NCBI RefSeq assembly: GCF_964194155.1
Contig: NC_135879.1
Span: forward strand, 130,572,001 to 130,636,000
Length of the DNA: 64,000 nt
Source of the DNA: Cetorhinus maximus
Lineage: Eukaryota
Reading direction: 5' to 3'
Below the pieces are notes generated by a model. The model ran no database searches and was not told the origin of the DNA. It was given only the letters and a program-made list of their open reading frames with translations. The position numbers and the translations under genes were made by a program. Each line of letters starts with the position of its first letter. The first letter of the stretch is position 1. Shown one piece after another: positions 63,880 through 64,000 of the stretch.

Positions 63880-64000
63880 TGAGGATTGAGATGGCACTTC
63901 TCTTAATGAAGCTGATGCTCTTGCAGGACCTGCTTTTGGTGTCATTGCTCACATGCCCATTACACTACCAGGCCCAGGCCACAAGCTCCCTCCTGTGCTC

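Overview
Eukaryotic, repeat-rich vertebrate genomic DNA; the repeat families suggest a cartilaginous fish (inference). It holds the conserved KLB-RPL9-LIAS block: beta-Klotho (+, 5 coding exons, 7651-36899), ribosomal protein L9/uL6 (-, 5'TOP exon at ~59701-59722, coding exons 58365 down to 50899) and a probable first LIAS exon (+, 62125-62181). Most remaining sequence is mobile DNA: CR1 and L2 LINEs, a single-ORF RTE/RTEX-like LINE with its derived SINE, Gypsy LTR relics, Harbinger-type and hAT MITEs, and Penelope-like elements (PLEs). Three observations stand out. (1) RPL9 has two intact alternative last coding exons that differ almost only at synonymous sites, predicting two uL6 C-terminal isoforms from one gene. 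(2) One LINE begins with a tRNA-derived A/B-box head and its sense strand lacks T4 Pol III terminators, suggesting a Pol III-driven autonomous LINE; the co-occurring SINE looks like its internal-deletion derivative. (3) Three Penelope insertions are nested inside one another within a SINE, each with its own 13-15 bp TSD and minimal hammerhead ribozyme motifs, two of them with inverted ends. All coordinates were read by eye; comparisons to human proteins are from memory and need alignment.
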